Assembly: GCA_038087875.1 (NCBI GenBank) | Contig: CM075995.1 | Span: 1,490,001-1,554,000 of the forward strand | DNA length: 64,000 nucleotides | DNA from: Malacoraja senta | Taxonomy: Eukaryota | Direction: 5' to 3' | Shown here: positions 36,509 through 48,130 of the stretch, one piece after another | How positions within the stretch are numbered: position 1 is the stretch's first letter | Layout of the letters: each line of letters begins with the position of its first letter | Made by a program: the position numbers and the translations under genes | Notes under the pieces: generated by a model | Databases searched by the model: none | The model's input: the letters and a program-made list of their open reading frames with translations, nothing else | Told to the model about the DNA's origin: nothing

Positions 36509-37708
36509 CGGCACGGTGGCGCAGCGGTAGAGTTGCTGCCTCACAGCGAATGTCTGTACAGAGTTTGTACGTTCTCACCGTGGGTTTTCTGCGTGGGTTT
36601 TCTCCAAGATCTTCGGTTTCCTCCCACACTCCAAAGACGTAGTGGTACGTGGGTCAATTGGCTTGGTAAATGTAAAAATATTGTCCCTAGTGGGTGTCGG
36701 ATAGTATTAATGCCCGCGGATAGCTGGTCGGCGCGGACCCGGTGGGCCGAAGGGCATGTTTCCGTGCTTCCGTGCTGTATCTCTAAACTAAACTAAACTC
36801 ACCTGTTTTTCTCCACAGCCCAGCAATTTTGTTTTCCAAGCATACGTGAAATTCCAATTTGATAAATCGCAGTTTAGTTGAAATTAATTTTGTTCAATGT
36901 CAAAGGTGTTCCTTGTAATTAAAGTGACTTCTAAAAGAAGTACTCGGTGTGGGATGAAGGTTAATCTCTTTGTGTACAACAGGAGCCTTGGTAATGTACT
37001 TGTGACATTGCAAGCTATCAACGATTCAGCTTTAACCGAGTAACCTGTGCACATATCATTGGCATCCTTTGTGATCTTGATGATCCAGGTTTTGTTGTTC
37101 CTTGCAGTCACCAAGTGTTCTAATTAGATCAACACTGTTTTAACATACCTTTTATTTCATTAGAATGTGCCTGGAAACAGTGAAATATCGTGAGGATTTC
37201 AGTACGGTGGCACCTCTGATAGAGCGTGCCAGCCTCACAGCGCCGGAGGCCCAGGTTCGATCCCGACCTCGGGTTCTGTCCGTGTGGAGTTGACACGTTC
37301 TCCCTGTGTGACCGCGTGGGTTTTCCTCAGGTGCCCCAGTTTCCTCACACATGCAAAAGACGTGCAGGTTTGTCGGTCAATTGGCCCAGTTTGCATTGAG
37401 TTTTAGGTGAGTTCATTTAGAGATACAGCGCAGAAACAGGCCCTTCGGCCCACCCGACCAGCGATCCCCGCACATTGACACCATCCCTACACAAGCTTGG
37501 GACATTTTTTTTACATTTATACCAAGCCAATTAACCTACAAACCTGCACGTCTTTGGAGTGTGGGAGGAAACCGGAGATCTCGGGGAGAAACCCAGACGG
37601 TCAAGGGAAGGACGCACAAACTCCGCACAGACAGCACCCGTAGTCGGGATTGAACCCGGGACTCTGGCTATTAGCGCTGTCAGGCAGCAACTCTACCGCT
37701 GTGCCTCC
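36509..37708. mobile_element. Three V-SINE copies (36509-36798 +, 37203-37385 +, 37415-37708 -)
   Basis: V-domain consensus in each copy. Confidence 0.8.
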
Positions 37709-37817
37709 ATGTGTACCGAGGTACAGTGAAGAGCTTTTGTTGCGTGCTATCCAGTCAGCGGAAGGACAATCCATGATTACAATCAACCCATTAACAGTGT
37801 ACAGATAAATGATAAGG

Positions 37818-38017
37818 NNNNNNNNNNNNNNNNNNNNNNNNNNNNNNNNNNNNNNNNNNNNNNNNNNNNNNNNNNNNNNNNNNNNNNNNNNNNNNNNNNN
37901 NNNNNNNNNNNNNNNNNNNNNNNNNNNNNNNNNNNNNNNNNNNNNNNNNNNNNNNNNNNNNNNNNNNNNNNNNNNNNNNNNNNNNNNNNNNNNNNNNNNN
38001 NNNNNNNNNNNNNNNNN
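37818..38017. other. Assembly gap (200 N)
   Basis: N run. Confidence 1.
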
Positions 38018-39026
38018 CTACCCCGCTGGGGAGGAAAGCCACCAAGAAGTCTGTCAGGGCCGTGGACTCGGACGAGTCGGGCCAGGAGGATTCTCCTCCT
38101 TCAATGGGCAGCGTCTTTTGGCGACTGACACTCATGGAGCACCTAATGGAGAGGTTGCTCCAAAGTGATATGCTCCAAAGGAGGGAGCTATCTGAGCCCG
38201 GGTATTCTAGAGAGCCCGCAGCAGCGGCATCTGTCTCAGGGCTGCACAATGTCTCCCTCTCTGAGGAGGGGAGCATACGAGGTCAGTTCTACACTGACTC
38301 AGAGTACGGAGGCACAGCTGGGGAGCATGCTTCTAGGCATGAAGGGCAAGATTCAGAAGTTCCCCCAATGGCATCCAAATTTGCTATACCGTCCCTAACA
38401 GGGGAACCGCTGGGAGAGGATTTAGCCATGAGCATTAATTACCTGGCCTCTCACCAGCTCCAAGATCAGGCCATGGAGGAAACCACCACCAAGTACCATA
38501 CCCCGGCAAACTGTGCCTCATTGAATGTCCCGGCGGTAAATCACTCCATCTGAGGTTACGTCAGAGCCCAGGAGGTAAAATTACAAAAAATATTAAGATT
38601 GCTCGCCTCAGGCATCACGGCCTTTGCCAGGTCGGTAGATGGGGGGCTCCTCTCAGATGTTCAGCAGGACGCCATGGCATTAATGTGCAATGCACATTTT
38701 GAGATAAATTGCCTACGAAAGAATGCCATCCGTCCTGCTCCGAACCCAAAATTTGCAGCATTGTGCAAAGCCAGGAACATCCAACCACCAAACCTCCTGT
38801 TCGGGGAAGATCTGCCAAAGCAGGTCAGGGAGCTGGATGATGAGGCTAAAGCGGTCGGGCTTATGAAGGTCCCAACATCTTCCAAGACTTCATCTTTCCG
38901 GTAGCAGCCCCCCTATGCGCTTCTCAACACCAGACGGTTCGCAGGATATGTTGGGCAGCCCGAACAACAAGCACAGAGGCCTTTTTTAGGGCTAGGCCCA
39001 AGCCGGCCCACTTTCAAGATGCGCAG

Positions 39027-41281
39027 ATGGCACCCTCCAGCAGTCCTGCCCCCCAGACCTCGGAGGCAGAAACAAACACCATACCGCCGATAACCATTGA
39101 GGTAGGCGAGTCTGGTTGTTTGCGGAACACATTGTCTATGGATCAGTTACAAGTTGGGGGGAGATTACAATTTTTCTTGAATGAATGGCATTGGATAACA
39201 TCAGATCTATTTATACTGCACAGTGTACAAGGTTTCCAAATTGAGTTCCTTCTCAATTCACCTCCACCCACACAGCACACACCGAACCGTACATTTGTTC
39301 TTTCACAACAGGAGTGTGCGGATGCGCAAGCTGAAATGGAATCATTACACAAAAAAGGGGTAATTGAGATGTCGTGTCATGAGTCTCACCAATTTGTGTC
39401 CAAAATATTTACTAAGCAAAAGAAGGATGGAGGATGCCGAATCATCCTTGACTTGACTGAGCTTAACACCTTTGTGCAGTATAAACACTTCAAAATGGAA
39501 AACTTTGTTACTGTCAAACAACTGGTTTCCAAGGGATGTTATATGGCATGCATCGACCTCAAAGATGCATACTATTCGGTGGCCATTCATGGGGATCACC
39601 GGAGATATTTGAAGTTTAGCTGGATGGGGCAACTGTGGCAGTTTAAAGCATTGCCTAATGGGTTAACCACAGCCCCCAGATTATTCACTAAATTGCTAAA
39701 ATCAGTCCTGGGGCTACTCAGGGCACAGAATCATATTGTCATGGCATACTTGGATGACATCCTAATCATAGGGAAAACTATGAAATTAGCTGAATTATCT
39801 GTGTCAGCTACCAAACACATGTTTGAGAGATTGGGGGTACACAAAAATGCTGGAGAAAATCAGTGGGAGCAGCAGCATCTATGGAGCGAAGGAGATAGGC
39901 AACGTTTTGGGCCGAAAACCCTTCTTCAGTCTGTCGAAGGGTTTCGGCCCGAAACGTTGCCTATCTCCTTCGCTCCATAGATGCTGCTGCACCCGCTGAG
40001 TTTCTCCAGCATTTTTGTGTACCTTCGATTTTCCAGCATCTGCAGTTCCTTCTTAAACACTTTGAGAGATTGGGGTTCCTCATCCATCCAGTTAAATCCA
40101 AATTGGTACCATCTAGAGTAATTGATTATTTGGGATTCACCATTAAGTCTATTCACATGTCAGTGACTCTGCCTTGGGGCAAGCAATTAGAATTAATTGA
40201 AGCCTGTAACAATCTCATTGTTAAGGACCAACCTTCTATTAGACATGTGGCTAGTATAATTGGAAAATTAGTGGCTGCTTTCCCAGCTGCTCATTTTGGG
40301 CCTTTGCACTACCAAAACTTACAACGTGCAAAGGAGCAGGCACTCAAACTTCATAAAGGTCACTTTGGTAGACCTATGCGGTTGCCAGCTGAAGCCATTG
40401 CTGAGTTACAATGGTGGGTGACCAATATTTGGCATTGCTCCAGTACAATTTTAGTCGATACACCATCAGTTATCCTACAAACTGATGCTAGTGCTCTAGG
40501 ATGGGGTGCTACCAACACCGTCTCAAGCTGCAGTGGCAGATGGAATATGCAGGAATCATCAATTCTGCAGTCACATGGTATTAACTACTTAGAGTTGTTG
40601 GGAGCACTCTATGGGCTAAAGGCTTATTGTAGCAATATGCATCATGTGCATGTTCAACTTCAGATTGACAACACTACAGCGGTGGCATACATTAATCACA
40701 TGGGTGGAATTAAGTCTGTCTCCTGTGATAAATTATCTAACCTTATTTGGCACTGGTGTATTACGAGAAACATCTGGGTTTCAGCTATCTACTTACCAGG
40801 TAGATATAACATGGTGGCGGACATGGTGGCGGACACCAGGTCATGGAAATTCAATGACAACAAAGAATGGATGTTGAATCATGAAGTGTTTAACGACATT
40901 ATCGCTCGGTATGGCATACTGGATATTGATTTGTTTGCATCTAGACTAAATCACCAGTTACCAAATTATGTTTCATGGGAACCAGACCTAGGGGAAGTGG
41001 CAGTAGATGCATTCTCGCTACACTGGGGTGGAATGTTCTTGTATGCCTTTCCCCCATTTTGCCTCATCGGTCGATGCTTGGCCAAGATCAAGCAAGACTC
41101 CGCCTCTGGTATATTGGTAGTACCAGACTGGCCTACACAGCATTGGTTCCCACTCGTCCTAGGTATGATTACTCAGCCTTTTATGGCTGTCCCCAAAAGC
41201 AGAAATCTACTGGTTCATCCTGTGACAGGGGAAAACCATCCACTACATGACCGAATCAATTTATTGGTTTGCAGATTCTGA
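39027..41281 (+). pseudogene. DIRS pol (RT/RNase H/MT), copy B, interrupted by a 224-bp insertion
   Basis: IDLKDAYY, YLDD, QTDAS, DNTT, DLFASRLN, YAFPPF, PDWPTQHWF motifs. Removing 39837-40060 plus one TSD copy restores MFERLGFLIHP in frame. A 12-bp tandem duplication gives MVADMVAD (~40809-40832). Confidence 0.92.
39837..40060. mobile_element. Palindromic Penelope-like (MER6-like) short insertion in DIRS copy B pol
   Basis: Two inverted arms meet at ~39930. 15-bp TSD TTTGAGAGATTGGGG at 39822-39836 and 40061-40075. Confidence 0.8.
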
Positions 41282-42159
41282 GGAGATCGTTCCTGGGGCT
41301 CGGACTTTCAGATCGTACGGTAGATGTGATCACTGCGGCCTGGAGGAAGAGTACCCAGAAACAGTACATCACTCATATAAGGAAATGGGAGATGTACTGC
41401 TCTCTCTCGAAAATTTCGTATGACACGGCTTCCATTACAGATGTTTTGGAGTTCCTATCTACACTATTCTACAATCAGAAACTCAGTTATAGTGCCATTA
41501 ATAGTGCTAGGAGCGCTTTATCATCTTATTTACGGCTGGGGTCAGGGAACCACACTGTCGGATCTCACCCCTTAATAACCAGATTTATGAAGGGCATTTT
41601 TAACTCTACTCCCCCTAGGCCCCGATATTCACAGATATGGGATGTGAGCGTGGTACTCACGCTGCTTCGCCAGTGGGCTCCAGCTTCATCTCTGTCTCTG
41701 CTTAATCACACTCTTAAGGTAGTCATGCTCATGGCGCTGATTTCAGCGCAACGGGTCCAGACGTTAAATAAACTTAGACTGGACAGCATGGTTTCATCTT
41801 TTGACAATATTACCTTTTTTGTTTATGATTTAATTAAGCAGAGCAGTCCAGGGGTGTCGGGGCTCAAATTGATTTTTATGGCATACCCCTTAGACCTATG
41901 GTTGTGTGTAGTTACACACATACTACAATACATTTAGGTCACTAAGAGCCTCAGAGGCTCGGAATTATCTTTATTCATCAGCTACACAAAACCTCATAGG
42001 AAGGTTACAGTGCAGACCATTTCAAGATGGATAAAACAGGTTCTGGCATGTGCAGGAGTGGACACTGACACTTTTAAACTTCATTCCACCAGGGCTGCAT
42101 CTACGTCAGCAGCGAGGGATATGGACGTCCCTCTCGACCACATTCTAGTGGTTGCAGGA
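41269..42159 (+). pseudogene. DIRS tyrosine recombinase, copy B, with in-frame stop and C-terminal truncation
   Basis: ISAQRVQ and FKLHSTRAAS motifs. TAG at 41935-41937. The frame ends at HILVVAG, before the catalytic Tyr. Confidence 0.9.
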
Positions 42160-42497
42160 AGGAGTTACGATGAGCGATTACGTGAAGAAGCCCCGCCAGT
42201 CCGCATGCGCATCAATCTTCAAAGCAGCGGTGTGAAATCACAGATAACAGTAGTCGAAGTAACATAGTAAGACTTAGAGAAGACTAGAACTACCAGATGA
42301 TCTTTATGATACGAGGGTTGGGAGCATGTAACTCCTCATAAAATAAAGATCAAACTTCAAACTGGTAAGTTCTCGTTTAATCTTACTATCTTACTTCGGA
42401 GTCACGTGAGTGATTCCGTGAAGATTTCAAAGCTCTGTGATTTCATGCCATGAGATCGAGTCCACACAGCCACAACTGCCTTAATTGACAGATGAGG

Positions 42498-42975
42498 GAA
42501 ACATAGAAAATAGGTGCAGGAGTAGGCCATTCGGCCCTTCGAGCCTGCACCGCCATTCAATATGATCATGGCTGATCAAACAACTCAGTATCCTGTACCT
42601 GCCTTCTCTCCATACCTCCTGATCCCTTTAGCCACAAGGGCCACATCTAACTCCCTCTTAAATATAGCCAATGAACTGGCCTCAACTACCTTCTGTGGCA
42701 GAGAATTCCACAGATTCACCACTCTCTGTAAAAAATGATTTTCTCATCTCGGTCCTAAAAGACTTCCCCCTTATCCTTAAACTGTGACCCCTTGTTCTGG
42801 ACTTCCCCAACATCGGGAATAATCTTCCTGCATCTAGCCTGTCCAACCCCTTAAGAATTTTGTAAGTTTCTATAAGATCCCCCCTCAATCTTCTAAATTC
42901 TAGCGAGTACAAGCCAAGTCTATCCAGTCTTTCTTCATATGAAAGTCCTGCCATCCCAGGAATCAGTCTGGTAAC
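42498..42975 (-). mobile_element. CR1 3' fragment nested in the 3' region of DIRS copy C
   Basis: TRLIPGMAGLSYEERLDRLGLYSLEFRR plus 3' UTR. Confidence 0.88.
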
Positions 42976-44533
42976 ATTCATAATGAATAAATAATAATAA
43001 TAGTAACTCCTCTCATCCGGGAGTAGACTAAACCGCTGAACCTAAAATAGAGTTGGCAAATAGCCCTGATCTGGCAATAGGTTATTATGAAATGTTCAGA
43101 AAGTTCGTTCGTTCAACCATCCTGCAGCCGCTAGGATGTGGTCCAGCGGAACGTACATAGCGTTTGCTGCTGATGTTGTGGCAGCCCTGGTGGAGTGAGA
43201 TTTGAAAAAATATCAGTATCTACTCCTGCATGAGCCAAAACCCGTTTTAACCACCTGGAGATGGTCTGAACCAATACCTTCTTATAAAGTTTTTGTAATT
43301 AACAAACATTGCTAGTTCAGAGCCTCTAAGGCTCTTGGTGACCTTGACGTATTGTCGTATATGTGTGACCATACATAACCGAAGGTCCATGGGGTATGCC
43401 ATGAAACTAGTTTGAGACCTCACGTCTGCTCTGCTTAACTAAACATTAAAATATAATATTATTTGCAGATGTAACCCTCCTGTCCAGTCACAATATGTAG
43501 TGACTGAACCCGTTGCACTGAGACCAGCGCCATGAGGATAACTACCTTATGAGAGGCGAGCCAAAGCTAAGGATGTAGCTGGAGCCCCCTGGTGAAATAG
43601 TGTTAATACCATGTCAATATCCCATACTGCACTGTGCTTGTCCAGGGAGAACTTGTGTGAAAGATATCCTATATAAACTCGGTATCAGAGGGTGAAACCC
43701 GACAGAGTGGGTCCCGTTCGCTGCAGCAAATATGATGGGAAGACACGTTGGGCACAGTTAATGGTGCTATAACTTAATTTATTGTCAAAGACCCATTTGA
43801 AACGAACTCCAAGACGTCAGTTATTAGATGTAACATTAGCATTTAAACAAAACGCTTCCCATCTCCTGAAGAGGAAATGTAATGTTTTTCTTTTTTGGTG
43901 CTATCCCTGCACTCTGCAGTGAACACATACATGGATCGGTCTGACAATCCGAGCCGCAGGAACAGTCTACTCAGAATCTATAAGTCAATAAATTGATTTT
44001 ATCATGCAGAGGCTGGTTTCCCGAGCCACAGGCTGAACCAGCAAAGTTTTACGTTTAGAATAACCGTAAAAGGTTGTATATTATTCCCGACAAAAGCGGG
44101 AAGCATGGCTGCATTGGCCAGTCAGACAGAACGACAACCTAAAGCGGGATCTTGCTGACTTTATTGCAAGACCCGACTGATGAGGCAAAATGGAGGGAGA
44201 CAAAAATAACTTCCTTCTTCTTGTAGCGAGAATGTATCTTTCGCCCCTGTTATGCCACATATTTTTGCAACCGGGAAATGAGCCTGGAAACAAACTTAAC
44301 GATATTCGGTGTTCCATCGAGCCATAATTTCATTAAATACATTGTGATCCAATACCCATTTTGTGTTGTCATTGATTGTACATGATGATACTCCAACGCA
44401 AAATGAGATTAGGTAAATTATTACAGGATATTCTGACTTGATTGCACCCATGTGACTTACATATGCCATCACCATAGTGTATCAACTCAACGTTGGGCAT
44501 GCAGATTATGCATATTCGCGCAATAACCCTTTA

Positions 44534-45976
44534 TGAATATGAATGAATGAATGAATGAATATGAATGAATATAACTTTAATTGTCATTCAGGTATACACA
44601 TAGACACAGTGCACATTGAACGAAATTTCGTTGCATTGACTCTTCAAAGTAACAGCGATCAGTAAAAGTGCTTAGTGTGTCCATAAAAAGTGCTTCATGT
44701 GCATAGTTAAAAAAGGAAAGTTTTTAAAAGTGGCAATGTATAAGAAAGTTTTTTGCATTGGTTTGACTGTGAGTTCAATAATCTTATGGCCTGGGGGATG
44801 AAGCTGTTGCAGAACCTGGTTGTCTGGCCCTTCATGCTGCGGTACCTCCTCCCAGAGTTCAGCAGTGTAAACAGACCATATTGTGGGTGTGTGGGGGCTC
44901 TGGTAATGCCCTTAGCTCTTGACAGACAGCGTTTGTAACCAATGTCCATGATGGAAGGAAGAGAAGTCCCAATGATTTTTTCCGCTGTCCTCACCACTCT
45001 CTGAAGGCACTTCCAGTCCGCAGCTGTACAGCCGCCGCACAACATAGAGATGCAGCTGGTCATGACTGATTCAATGGTGCTTCTGTAGAATGTGGTGAGG
45101 ATGGGAGGGTGGAGGTGTGATCTTCTCATCCTGCGGAGGAAGTACAAACGCTGCTGTGCCCGTTTTACCAGGGATGTGATATTTGTAGTCCAAGTTAAGG
45201 TATCTGTTATATGCACTCCCAGGAACTTGATGCTTTTCACCTGCTCCACTGCTAAGTTGTTGATGCACAGCGGAGTGTGACTGGGCTGATTTTTCTTTCT
45301 GAAGTCGACGACCATCTCCTTGGTTTTGTCCACATTTAGGAGAAGGTTGTTCCTGCTGCACCAGCTCACCAACTGCTCCACCTCCTCTCTGTATGCCTGG
45401 TCGTCGTTGTTGTGGATGAGGCCCACTGTTGTGTCATCCGCGTATTTGATGATATGGTTAGTAGTGGACTTGGCGACACAGTCATGTGTCATCAATGTGA
45501 AGAGCAGCGGACTCAGGACAGAGCCCTGAGGGGAGCCGGTGCTCAGTGTGATGACCGAGGAGGTGTTCTTCCCCACCAGCACAGACTGGGGCCTTTCAGA
45601 AAGGAAATCCAGGATCCAGTTGCATAGTGTGGTATTGAATCCTAGGGGTGCCAGTTTGCTCACCAAATGCTGGGGGATTATCGTATTGAATGCTGAGCTG
45701 AAGTCAACAAACAGCATCCGCACGTTGGTGTTCTTCTCCTCCAGGTGTTGTAGGCTCAGGTGGACTGCAGAGGAGATAGCATCCTCTGTGGAGCAGTTCG
45801 GGCGATAAGCAAACTGGAACGGGTCAAAGCTGGGGGGTAGTTTAGAGACCATGTGCTGCTTAATAAGCCTCTCAAAGCACTTCATTATTATTGGTGTGAG
45901 TGCTACGGGGCGGTAATCATTCAGGCAGGTTATTGTAGACTTTTTGGGAACTGGTATGATGGTGGCTGTCTTGAAA
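44534..45976 (-). mobile_element. 5'-truncated Rex1/Babar-type LINE nested in DIRS copy C
   Basis: Open RT frame 44707-45976 ([38 protein letters not shown]). (ATTC)n 3' tail at 44534-44570. 6-bp TSD CCTTTA at 44528-44533 and 45977-45982. Confidence 0.92.
44707..45885 (-). CDS. Rex1/Babar-type reverse transcriptase, C-terminal part (5'-truncated, uninterrupted frame)
   Basis: 392-aa ORF with non-LTR RT motifs and the Rex1-like C-terminus [17 protein letters not shown]. Confidence 0.85.
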   Translation of the reverse strand: MKCFERLIKQHMVSKLPPSFDPFQFAYRPNCSTEDAISSAVHLSLQHLEEKNTNVRMLFVDFSSAFNTIIPQHLVSKLAPLGFNTTLCNWILDFLSERPQSVLVGKNTSSVITLSTGSPQGSVLSPLLFTLMTHDCVAKSTTNHIIKYADDTTVGLIHNNDDQAYREEVEQLVSWCSRNNLLLNVDKTKEMVVDFRKKNQPSHTPLCINNLAVEQVKSIKFLGVHITDTLTWTTNITSLVKRAQQRLYFLRRMRRSHLHPPILTTFYRSTIESVMTSCISMLCGGCTAADWKCLQRVVRTAEKIIGTSLPSIMDIGYKRCLSRAKGITRAPTHPQYGLFTLLNSGRRYRSMKGQTTRFCNSFIPQAIRLLNSQSNQCKKLSYTLPLLKTFLF

Positions 45977-46284
45977 CCTTTAACCTATAGAACTAGACTA
46001 AGTGGGACCCGTTGGGTCCCATGTTCACATGGGAGGGCTGGTTCCCCGATGCAATATTCCACCTCTCCACCAATTCCAATATTGGTGGCCAGTGGGGGGG
46101 GGGGGGGCTTTCTGGAGCGCTGGTATGGGTGTTGTTGGCTGCAGGGACTACTGGTCTCCAGAGGGCTAGTATGGACATAGTGGGCCAAATGGATTCTTGG
46201 GGTGGCAGCTCAGTCCCTCAAGCCTGATGTGCTGGCAGCTCACTCACAGCTGGTGGGCTGGCAGTTGACTCACGGCTATTCCTT

Positions 46285-46642
46285 GAAATTCCATTTCAAG
46301 CAGAGTCCAAGGCCACCAAATTCAAATCCATTTTCCTACCATTTCAAGCAGGGTGCAAGGTCACCAAATTCAAGTGCGGTTTCTTACCTCTTCGAGCAGG
46401 GTGCAAGGCCACAAAATTCAAGTGCAGTTTCATACCACTTCAAGCAGGGTGCAAGGCCACCAAATTCAAGTGCAGTTTCATACCATTTCAAGGAGGGTGC
46501 AAGGCCACCAAATTCAAATGCAGTTTCATAACATTTCATGCAGGGTGCAACGACACCACATTCAAATGCAGTTTCATACCATTTCATGCAAGGTGCAAGG
46601 CCACCACATTCAAATGCAGTTTCATACCATTTCAAGCAGGGT
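46285..46642. repeat. 48-bp minisatellite (~7 copies) inside the Helitron
   Basis: Unit CCATTTCAAGCAGGGTGCAAGGCCACCAAATTCAAATGCAGTTTCATA in tandem with no spacers. Confidence 0.9.
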
Positions 46643-47016
46643 GAAACCACCATAAAACCACCATAAAACCACACAAAACACCACACTCACAGTTCAGTAG
46701 ACATTCAGTATGTTCAGTTGATTCACAGCTCAGACAGTCATGACCTCTCACTCCCCCATCATGCAGAGACTGAGCCACACCCACACTTCCAGGTTTTATA
46801 ATCCCTCCCCCTCCCACCGGAGGCCTTCATGCCGTGATTGACAGGAGCGAGATACTCAACATTTTTTAAACACTAATGACACTTTTATTTTTCATTGATG
46901 GGAAGAATCCTCTGCACCTGATGAGCGGAGGGGGACTGAGTAAGATGGCCAAAAATCACAGCCGTAAGTGGTAGCGTTTTATCAATATAGTGCAAACAGG
47001 AAGTTGTCAAGTTTAG

Positions 47017-47520
47017 ACAAACAACCATCTGCGGTGCCTTTTCACTTCAACCCAAAACACCAGCAAACAACCATTTGCAGTGCCTTTTCACTTCAACACA
47101 AAACACCAGCAAACAACCATTTGCAGTGCCTTTTCACTTCAACACAAAACACCAGCAAACAACCATCTGCGGTACCTTTTCACTTCAACCCAAAAACACC
47201 CCAAACAACCATTTGCAGTGCCTTTTTACTTCAACCTAAAACACCCCCAAACAACCCTTTGCAGTGCCTTTTTACTTCAACCCAAAACACCCCCAAACAA
47301 CCCTTTGCAGTGCCTTTTTACTTCAACCCAAAACACCACCAAACAACCATTTGCAGTGCCTTTTTACTTCAACCTAAAACACCCCCAAACAACCCTTTGC
47401 AGTGCCTTTTTACTTCAACCCAAAAACACCCCAAACAACCATTTGCAGTGCCTTTTTACTTCAACCCAAAACACCCCAAAGAACCATTTGCAGTGCCTTT
47501 TTACTTCAAACCAACCATAT
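47017..47520. repeat. ~46-47-bp minisatellite (~10-11 copies) inside the Helitron
   Basis: Unit AAACAACCATTTGCAGTGCCTTTTTACTTCAACCCAAAACACCCCC in tandem. Confidence 0.9.
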
Positions 47521-47910
47521 TTTCAATTTCAAACCACATTAAGGGCACTCACAGTTGAGTAGACATGTGTTCAGTGTTATTCAGAGCTCAGAGAGACCCT
47601 CTCTCTTCCTCCATCTTGCAGAGACTGAGTGAGGCACACCACTTCCGGGTTATATAGTCCCTCCCCCCCTCCCACCTGCAGGGGTAGCAGAGAGAATGGC
47701 AATTAAAAAAACACATTAATATCTCTCAGATTTTTCACCGATGGAAAAAACCCTCTGGTCCAGGAAGGCAGAGGGGGGCTCTGAGCAAGGTGGCCCAAAA
47801 TGATGGCCGTAGGTGGCGGCGTTCTCTCAAAAATCACAGCACAGTGAGCCAAAAGCGGTCAAGATCAGACTTTTGGTAATATAGATAGATGCACCTAGTG
47901 TCAATAGGTA

Positions 47911-48130
47911 TTAAAGAAGGAACTGCAGATGCTGGAAAATCGAAGGTACACAAAAATGCTGGAGAAACTCAGCGGGTGCAGCAGCATCTATGGAGCGAAG
48001 GAAATAGGCAACGTTTCGGGCCGAAACCCTTCTTCAGACGGAAGAAGGGTTTCGGCCTGAAACGTTGCCTATTTCCTTCGCTCCATAGATGCTGCTGCAC
48101 CCGCTGAGTTTCTCCAGCATTTTTGTGTAC
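47911..48130. mobile_element. Palindromic Penelope-like short insertion in DIRS copy C
   Basis: Same family as 39837-40060, opposite orientation. TSD ACCTAGTGTC(A/T)ATAGGTA at 47893-47910 and 48129-48146. Confidence 0.8.
48010..48037 (-). ncRNA. Hammerhead-like motif, second subfamily
   Basis: CUGAAGA-A-GGGUU(UC)GGCCC-GAAA-CG-UU. Helix II is retained with different sequence. Confidence 0.45.

Larger units (their letters stand above)
38018..42159 (+). mobile_element. DIRS1-like retrotransposon copy B; 5' end lost in the N gap, YR truncated at the junction with copy C
   Basis: gag-like frame 38062-~39090 (stops at 38553, 38904), pol 39027-41281, YR 41269-~42159. Confidence 0.93.
45993..47889 (-). 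mobile_element. Non-autonomous Helitron (~1.9 kb)
   Basis: The minus strand starts TCTATCTATATT (47889) and ends with the hairpin TGGGACCC-AAC-GGGTCCCA (46003-46021), 6 nt, then CTAG (45993-45996). It sits between A and T with no TSD. Removing it rejoins DIRS RNase H codons (LGA|FYRLK). Confidence 0.88.

Noticed and set aside
36884..37114. Short ORF in unique sequence (similarly 10340-10500, 28550-28870, 33520-33780, 34874-35060)
   Set aside because: No recognisable homology or consistent exon structure; cannot be supported without alignment data.
37791..38276. ORFs spanning N runs (also 63182-63529)
   Set aside because: Artefacts of assembly gaps.
40860..41281. Adenine-methyltransferase-like motifs plus a tyrosine recombinase, suggesting prophage or bacterial contamination
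   Set aside because: Both are standard DIRS1 domains fused or adjacent to RT/RNase H, flanked by ITR/ICR and interleaved with vertebrate repeats.
46285..47520. Regular ~47-48-bp repeats resembling a CRISPR array, and the ORFs over them
   Set aside because: Units are head-to-tail with no unique spacers and there are no cas genes. They are minisatellites inside a Helitron in eukaryotic DNA.
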